Assembly: GCA_050287845.1 (NCBI GenBank)
Contig: JBNKCR010000092.1
Span: forward strand, 1-12,392
Direction of reading: 5' to 3'
DNA: 12,392 bases
Source: Polyangia bacterium
GTDB taxonomy: Bacteria; Myxococcota_A; Polyangia; JAAYKL01
Shown: positions 7,494-12,392 of the stretch, one piece after another
Layout: each line of letters starts with the position of its first letter
Position numbering within the stretch: the stretch's first letter is position 1
Notes under the pieces: generated by a model
Database searches by the model: none
Told to the model about the DNA's origin: nothing
Seen by the model: only the letters and a program-made list of their open reading frames with translations
Program-made: the position numbers and the translations under genes

Positions 7494-8174
7494 ATGAGTT
7501 TCAAAACACTTGAAGGAAAAAAAATAGCAATCGTCGTTGAAAACAAATTCATACCGGAGGAAATTCAGGCATACCAATCATGCTTTTCAATGCTCGGCGC
7601 CGAGGTTCAATTGTTTTCTCGTATTTGGTATGGCGATTACAAACCAGGATCTGAATATTGGAAAACGCCCGTCTTTCTGAGTGATGTTGATCCATCAGAC
7701 CAGCAACCATGGCAAGGGCCAGAGACTATTAGTATTCCTGACAACAATGACATTTCACAGTTAAAAATTGAAGAGTACTCAGCCATAATAATGTCAGCCA
7801 ATTATGTCAGCGTACGGCTCCGTTATCCTGACGACAATACCATTAAAGACCCTCGCGAGCTGGTTCGGTCTGCACCTGTACCGCTATTTTTTGCCGAAGC
7901 AATGAAAAACAAAAACGTTGTAAAAGGTGCCCTCTGCCATGGATTATGGATTCTTACTCCGTATCCTGAATTGTTAAAGGAACGAAAAGTCACATGCCAT
8001 ACTGTTGTTATGGCAGATATTCTCAACACAGGTGCAATTGCAGTGTTTGAAGACACACAAAACGGCAAGGAACCCGCCAAAGTGGTGGTGGACGGAGATC
8101 TGGTAACAGGATTCAGCAAACACGAAGTAATACCTTTTATACAGGCTATTACAGAGCAGATTCTTTCTTCGTAG
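7494..8174 (+). CDS. DJ-1/PfpI (ThiJ) family protein
   Basis: LEGKKIAIVVENKFIPEE (conserved Glu), nucleophile elbow GALCHG, RKVTC, VVVDGDLVTG. GGAGG RBS. Confidence 0.9.
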   Translation: MSFKTLEGKKIAIVVENKFIPEEIQAYQSCFSMLGAEVQLFSRIWYGDYKPGSEYWKTPVFLSDVDPSDQQPWQGPETISIPDNNDISQLKIEEYSAIIMSANYVSVRLRYPDDNTIKDPRELVRSAPVPLFFAEAMKNKNVVKGALCHGLWILTPYPELLKERKVTCHTVVMADILNTGAIAVFEDTQNGKEPAKVVVDGDLVTGFSKHEVIPFIQAITEQILSS

Positions 8175-8201
8175 TTCACAATATTCGCAACAACATTGGA
8201 T

Positions 8202-8219
8202 AGTATGAAATTTCATACT
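8202..8219. promoter_or_regulatory. Perfect 18-bp palindrome AGTATGAAATTTCATACT, candidate operator
   Basis: Exactly self-complementary and intergenic, 60 bp upstream of ATG 8280. Function is inferred. Confidence 0.55.
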
Positions 8220-8279
8220 CTAGACGATTAGAACTTGCTGCTGCCGGGCGTCAGCAGGCTCAAATATAAAGGGGAAATC

Positions 8280-10823
8280 ATGCAAGGAATCGATGTGACA
8301 TTTAAGTATATTCCAAGCGTCTACGGTGAAGTATTTGAAGGATACAACGCTATGCTTGTTGGCAGCTGGACGACAGATGGCATTTACAGTGACCAGTGGA
8401 CAGAGGTTCCAATGGCTCGGAAACCCCATGATGATGGAGGAGAATGTTTTAATACAGTCGTGACTCTGGATGAGTCTCAAATTGGTCAGAAATTCCATTG
8501 GGGAGTCAAATTCAAGAACGGTGGCACCAACGATTTCTGGGGTATTGCAACTGAAGAGAACGATTCGGTCAGTAAAGAATGTCGTCGTTCTTTTACGTTA
8601 TCAAAAGAAACTGGAGACCAAAAATACTATTTGACCCATTGTCGTAGACTCGGCGCCAACAAATTCGTGAAATCTGACGGAACAGAGGGTGTGCGATTTG
8701 CCGTATGGGCGCCGAATGCAATAGACGTTGATTTGGTATTTGGAAAGATATGGAACATTGACGATCCTTTAAAAACTGCTGTGAGCCCGAATCAATCGCT
8801 GGCAAGAGAAAAAATTGCGGGTGGCTATATCTACCCGTTTGAAGATGACAATAATGACGACAATGAGCTTCGCTCAGTAAAAATGTATAAAGGCGCGGAT
8901 GATGTTTGGGAAACGGCAGTAGCTCAAAACAAAATGGAAGATGCGCTTTCGGTGCTGAATCATCGTGCCTATATGTTCCGGATCAAACGTCACGATAACA
9001 GTATTGTTTATCGTAGTGATTTGTATTCAAGATGCCAAATGGGCGGCGGCACGATGGACCCGGCGAAGGAACAATGGTCGGGATTGCTGAAAGATGTTGA
9101 GGGGACGAAAAGCTGCTCCGCGACAATCAACCCGGAAGAAGTCACTAAGGAGTTTGACGAGCCAGTATGGCCGGAAACAGAATATATCAGTCAAAATGAT
9201 TTTTGGAAGGACGAATTTACTGGAAAAGTTGTTCCCAAAAAAGTTCAGGATCTCATCATTTACGAGCTACACCTCGGAGCGTTGGGATTTGGCAGTGGTG
9301 AACCCGGAAACCTATCAAACGCTTGTGAATTGCTAGACCACCTGGAAAAAGCGCACTTTAATGCAGTAGAGTTATTGCCTTTGTCGGAATTTGGTGGGGG
9401 CGCACAAAACTGGGGCTATTCCACAACGCACTATTGTGCAATTGAATACGGCGGTGGAGGACGTGATCAATTCAAATTTTTTATCAAGGAATGTCATCAA
9501 CGAGGAATTGCTGTCATCATGGACGTTGTATACAATCATTACGCCGTCGATGCCGAACGTGCTGAATGGCAATATGATAATGTCTCTCCTGAGAAAAATA
9601 TTTATTACTGGTATGAAGGAGAGGGTTCGAATTACCCTAATTGGGATGGCGGATACGTTGACAATATGTCTTCTGGCTGGGCGCCTCGCTACTGGGAAGA
9701 AATGGTTCGCAAAATGTTCATTAGCAGTGCAGTCAGTCTTGTCCAAGAATTCCATATAGATGGTTTCCGCGTCGACCAAACAACTTCTATTCATAGCTAT
9801 AACTGCCTACATCACGACAACAGGATTCCGGTTTCAAATGCGAATATATATGGCGCCAAATTTCTCCGTGAACTGGGGCGTACGCTTCGATTATTCAAAC
9901 CACATTTGTTTATGTTTGCTGAGGACCACTCGGATTGGGACGAAGTAACACTTCCTGTTTCTGCAGGCGGTATGGGATTTGACGGACGCTGGTACGCAGA
10001 CTTTTATCATCACCTCGCAGGTGATACAGAACAGGGAAACAAAGCAAAATTGCTCTACAAAGCGGCTACCAGCTTTGGAGCCGGCGGATTGCCCATGAGC
10101 CAATTTGCTGACGTGCTCAAGGAAACAGGAAATCAAAAAATTGTATACAACGAATCGCACGATGAAGCGGGTAACAGCAAAGGACCATTTGAAGATCCTG
10201 ACTGGCAACCGAGTGATGAACCCGATAAAAAGTATACGTCTCATCGTTCAATCGTTGTATCGTCCAACGCAGCGCCGCTGATTGGAAGTACGCGATGGTA
10301 CGCTGAAGCACGTGCACGCTTTGCATGGGGAACTACCGTACTTTCAGCTGGTATCCCAATGACATTGTTTGGCGAAGAAGTTGGTGCGATGAAGCGCTTC
10401 AAATACAATGAAGTACTGGCCAACAAAGAGGATATAGTCGGATTGGCCGCAGAATCGGGCAGTTCTATGTTCAGGTTTTATAGTGAGATCAACGACCTGC
10501 GCCTAAAAAACAGCGGTCTTCGCAGTACCAATATTGAAATTGTTTATGTACATGATGATCACCGACTCATTGTCTTTCGTCGTTGGGATGAAAATCAAAA
10601 TTTTCTCATTGTGGGAAGTCTCTCCGATAACGCGTATCCAAACGGATACAATTTGATTACCAGCACTATTGGAGATGGAACGTGGAGAGAAATATTCAAC
10701 AGTGACTCGTCAAACTATAACGGTCACAATATCGGCAATTACGGAGGCATTTGCACCAGTCGACGCGGGTGCATGAATGTCGTCATTCCCGCTGCAGGTT
10801 TTGTAATTCTTCAAAATTCATAG
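8280..10823 (+). CDS. GH13 alpha-amylase-family enzyme with CBM48-like domain (GlgB branching enzyme/TreZ-like)
   Basis: FAVWAPNA, IYELH, VELLPLSEF, WGY, IMDVVYNH (region I), DGFRVD (nucleophile), FAED (acid/base), ESHDE (region IV) and a GlgB-like WREIFNSD...GN tail. AAGGGGA RBS precedes ATG 8280 (the track starts at 8235). Confidence 0.88.
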   Translation: MQGIDVTFKYIPSVYGEVFEGYNAMLVGSWTTDGIYSDQWTEVPMARKPHDDGGECFNTVVTLDESQIGQKFHWGVKFKNGGTNDFWGIATEENDSVSKECRRSFTLSKETGDQKYYLTHCRRLGANKFVKSDGTEGVRFAVWAPNAIDVDLVFGKIWNIDDPLKTAVSPNQSLAREKIAGGYIYPFEDDNNDDNELRSVKMYKGADDVWETAVAQNKMEDALSVLNHRAYMFRIKRHDNSIVYRSDLYSRCQMGGGTMDPAKEQWSGLLKDVEGTKSCSATINPEEVTKEFDEPVWPETEYISQNDFWKDEFTGKVVPKKVQDLIIYELHLGALGFGSGEPGNLSNACELLDHLEKAHFNAVELLPLSEFGGGAQNWGYSTTHYCAIEYGGGGRDQFKFFIKECHQRGIAVIMDVVYNHYAVDAERAEWQYDNVSPEKNIYYWYEGEGSNYPNWDGGYVDNMSSGWAPRYWEEMVRKMFISSAVSLVQEFHIDGFRVDQTTSIHSYNCLHHDNRIPVSNANIYGAKFLRELGRTLRLFKPHLFMFAEDHSDWDEVTLPVSAGGMGFDGRWYADFYHHLAGDTEQGNKAKLLYKAATSFGAGGLPMSQFADVLKETGNQKIVYNESHDEAGNSKGPFEDPDWQPSDEPDKKYTSHRSIVVSSNAAPLIGSTRWYAEARARFAWGTTVLSAGIPMTLFGEEVGAMKRFKYNEVLANKEDIVGLAAESGSSMFRFYSEINDLRLKNSGLRSTNIEIVYVHDDHRLIVFRRWDENQNFLIVGSLSDNAYPNGYNLITSTIGDGTWREIFNSDSSNYNGHNIGNYGGICTSRRGCMNVVIPAAGFVILQNS

Positions 10824-10952
10824 ATAAATGAGCCATTGAGGAATTTGAGGCGCAAGTATTCTGATGGGTTTGAAGGAGAGAGAATATCACCATACATCAA
10901 GGTCATTTTCATAATTTAAAAATTAAACCAAATTCCAAAGGGGGAACTAACA

Positions 10953-12140
10953 ATGAATAACAGCAATGCTGAAAGGATACTTTCAACGACTGCGGAAAAC
11001 ATCGTGAATGCACTAAAAATGCGTTTTGACGAAGCCAAAGAAAATATTGTGGCAGGCCGACCGGTTGCTGCCGCAGCGGGAGGAATTCTCGATGGGACAT
11101 TAAACATTGCAGACGAAGCTTTCAAAATTACTGGCGTACGGATAGATATGACCCGCCCTAAAACGCACAAACCAATTTTATTGGTTGCATCAAAATTTGG
11201 AACATGGGCTTCTGAGCTGACGCTTGTTGCGGGGGTCCTTCTCAAAGCTGGATACAAAGTAGCTCTAGCTTCTGAAGACGGATCTGTGCCACATTTACTC
11301 GGTCCAAGTATGATTCCTGGAACACCAGATGGTGCATGGAGATTTTCTGTGGTCTCACCGGAAGAGAGAGATCTGGCGTTTCAATTTTTAAAACCAGGTA
11401 CTCAAGAGAATCAGTTATTCTCAAAAAACAATATTTTAGACTTAAGCAGTCTCGCAAAGCCACCGCAAATAGGTGATTATTTAGAAAATGAAACCCTGTT
11501 GTCAGATTATGCAAACGCGCTGGACAAAAGCATGAAAGTAGCCACAAACTATGATGCAATTTGCATAGCCGGGGGATCAGGGGCCATACCAGGACTTATG
11601 TTTGATAGAGGCCTTCATTCTCTAATTCTTGCTTTTGATAAACTTCAAAAACCGATTATGGCCGAATGCAACGGAGGCTTGGCTGTTCTTCAAACCCACG
11701 ACCCTGTCACCAGCCAATCTATATTATATGGTCGGGCAGTCACAACACACTCAATGCTGGATGAATATCAGTCGGGCTGGGGGTGGACGCAATCGTTCGA
11801 ACACGATACCAAAAAGTTTTGGACACAGAACGGCACATTCGATGTAGACGCGTATTGTGCTGCTGAACAATGGTACCAGCCCGGTATCGGCGGTAATCCA
11901 CTAATTGATTCTGAAGGCTGCTTTCGGAATGCAGCAGGACCTAATGGAAAATTCTTTTCCCCCGCTGGGAGTCCCTATTCTGTCGTTGTGGATGGTCATC
12001 TTATTACATGCCGAACGACACCGGACGGATATCCGGGAGTGTTGTGTCTGATGGCTATTTTAGATGGTGCCCCCCCAATGAAAGGGAAACTCTTCATAGA
12101 TCGCCCTCAAGTGCGGATTTTGGAGCAACGTGAACACTGA
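10953..12140 (+). CDS. Long DJ-1/PfpI-like (class I glutamine amidotransferase-fold) protein; last ~9 codons IS-derived
   Basis: ILLVASKFGTWASEL (Glu), YDAICIAGGSGA, elbow AECNG, GRAVT, VVVDGHLIT. GGGGGA RBS. Confidence 0.85.
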   Translation: MNNSNAERILSTTAENIVNALKMRFDEAKENIVAGRPVAAAAGGILDGTLNIADEAFKITGVRIDMTRPKTHKPILLVASKFGTWASELTLVAGVLLKAGYKVALASEDGSVPHLLGPSMIPGTPDGAWRFSVVSPEERDLAFQFLKPGTQENQLFSKNNILDLSSLAKPPQIGDYLENETLLSDYANALDKSMKVATNYDAICIAGGSGAIPGLMFDRGLHSLILAFDKLQKPIMAECNGGLAVLQTHDPVTSQSILYGRAVTTHSMLDEYQSGWGWTQSFEHDTKKFWTQNGTFDVDAYCAAEQWYQPGIGGNPLIDSEGCFRNAAGPNGKFFSPAGSPYSVVVDGHLITCRTTPDGYPGVLCLMAILDGAPPMKGKLFIDRPQVRILEQREH

Positions 12141-12243
12141 TATCGTTTTATCGTGAACGCCGATATCGGAGCATGGTGAACACTGATATCGGGCATCGTG
12201 AACATCGATATCGGAGTATGGTGAACACCGATATCGGGCATCG
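12112..12243 (+). mobile_element. IS21-family-like terminal region with five 22-23-bp tandem repeats, cut off by the RAYT-like element
   Basis: Starts TGCGGATTTTGGAGCAACGTGAACAC. GTGAACRYYGATATCG units begin at 12130, 12153, 12176, 12198 and 12221, the layout of IstA-binding repeats. No istA/istB in the window. Confidence 0.75.
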
Positions 12244-12251
12244 AAACAGCT

Positions 12252-12278
12252 AGGGACGGTCTTAAAAAGTTAAAAAGT
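12252..12278. repeat. Left terminal inverted repeat of a second RAYT-like element copy
   Basis: AGGGACGGTCTTAAAAAGTTAAAAAGT is a 26/27 inverted match to the reconstructed end at 304-456. Confidence 0.85.
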
Positions 12279-12280
12279 CG

Positions 12281-12309
12281 TTGCAAAACAATCGGGAATC
12301 CCTCATTAT
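12281..12309 (+). promoter_or_regulatory. Sigma70-like promoter, probably giving a leaderless transposase mRNA
   Basis: TTGCAA (12281-12286), 17-bp spacer, CATTAT (12304-12309). The ATG follows 6 nt later with no clear SD. Confidence 0.55.
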
Positions 12310-12315
12310 CCGGTG

Positions 12316-12392
12316 ATGCCACGATACGCAAGAATCCATGTGACAGGGGGAATGTTTCACGTCATATCTCGATTTCACGACCGTAGGTACTA
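12316..12392 (+). CDS. 3'-truncated CDS: N-terminus of a RAYT/Y1 (IS200-like HUH) transposase
   Basis: MPRYARIHVTGGMFHVISRFHDRRY matches the MPR..R....G..(Y/F)HV..R start of RAYT-like proteins. It is absent from the ORF track and runs off the window. Confidence 0.8.
   Translation, partial: MPRYARIHVTGGMFHVISRFHDRRY

Noticed and set aside
8280..10823. Assigning the symbol glgB or treZ
   Set aside because: The signatures are mixed and there is no glg or treY context.
12130..12243. Mini CRISPR array or iterons
   Set aside because: The units are only 22-23 bp with no unique spacers and no cas or rep gene nearby. The pattern and the TGCGGATT tip fit IS21 ends.
5378..12331. Alternative-frame and antisense ORFs within the four-gene cluster, and 12107-12331
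   Set aside because: They overlap motif-supported genes or simply translate the IS repeats.

Overview
Mobile-element-rich accessory region, probably from a deltaproteobacterium-like organism (guess from the IS types). The window starts in the 3' end of a RAYT/Y1(HUH)-like transposase gene (<2-301) and ends in the 5' end of an apparently related one (12316->12392), which the ORF track misses. A 122-bp MITE (317-438, 4-bp TSD) carrying two NrdR-box-like motifs interrupts the left element end. Removing it in silico restores a 27-bp sequence that is a 26/27 inverted match to 12252-12278. This suggests two direct copies of a Y1-type element with terminal inverted repeats (TIRs) bracketing about 11.8 kb of cargo. 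The cargo comprises a pentapeptide-repeat/2TM K+-channel gene, an IS3 remnant cut by an intact IS66 (no TSD), a second IS66 relic, and a four-gene cluster: AGE-family epimerase, DJ-1/PfpI, GH13 GlgB/TreZ-like enzyme and a second DJ-1-like protein. An IS21-like end with five 22-23-bp repeats supplies the last gene's stop codon. Family assignments come from motif recognition, not database searches.
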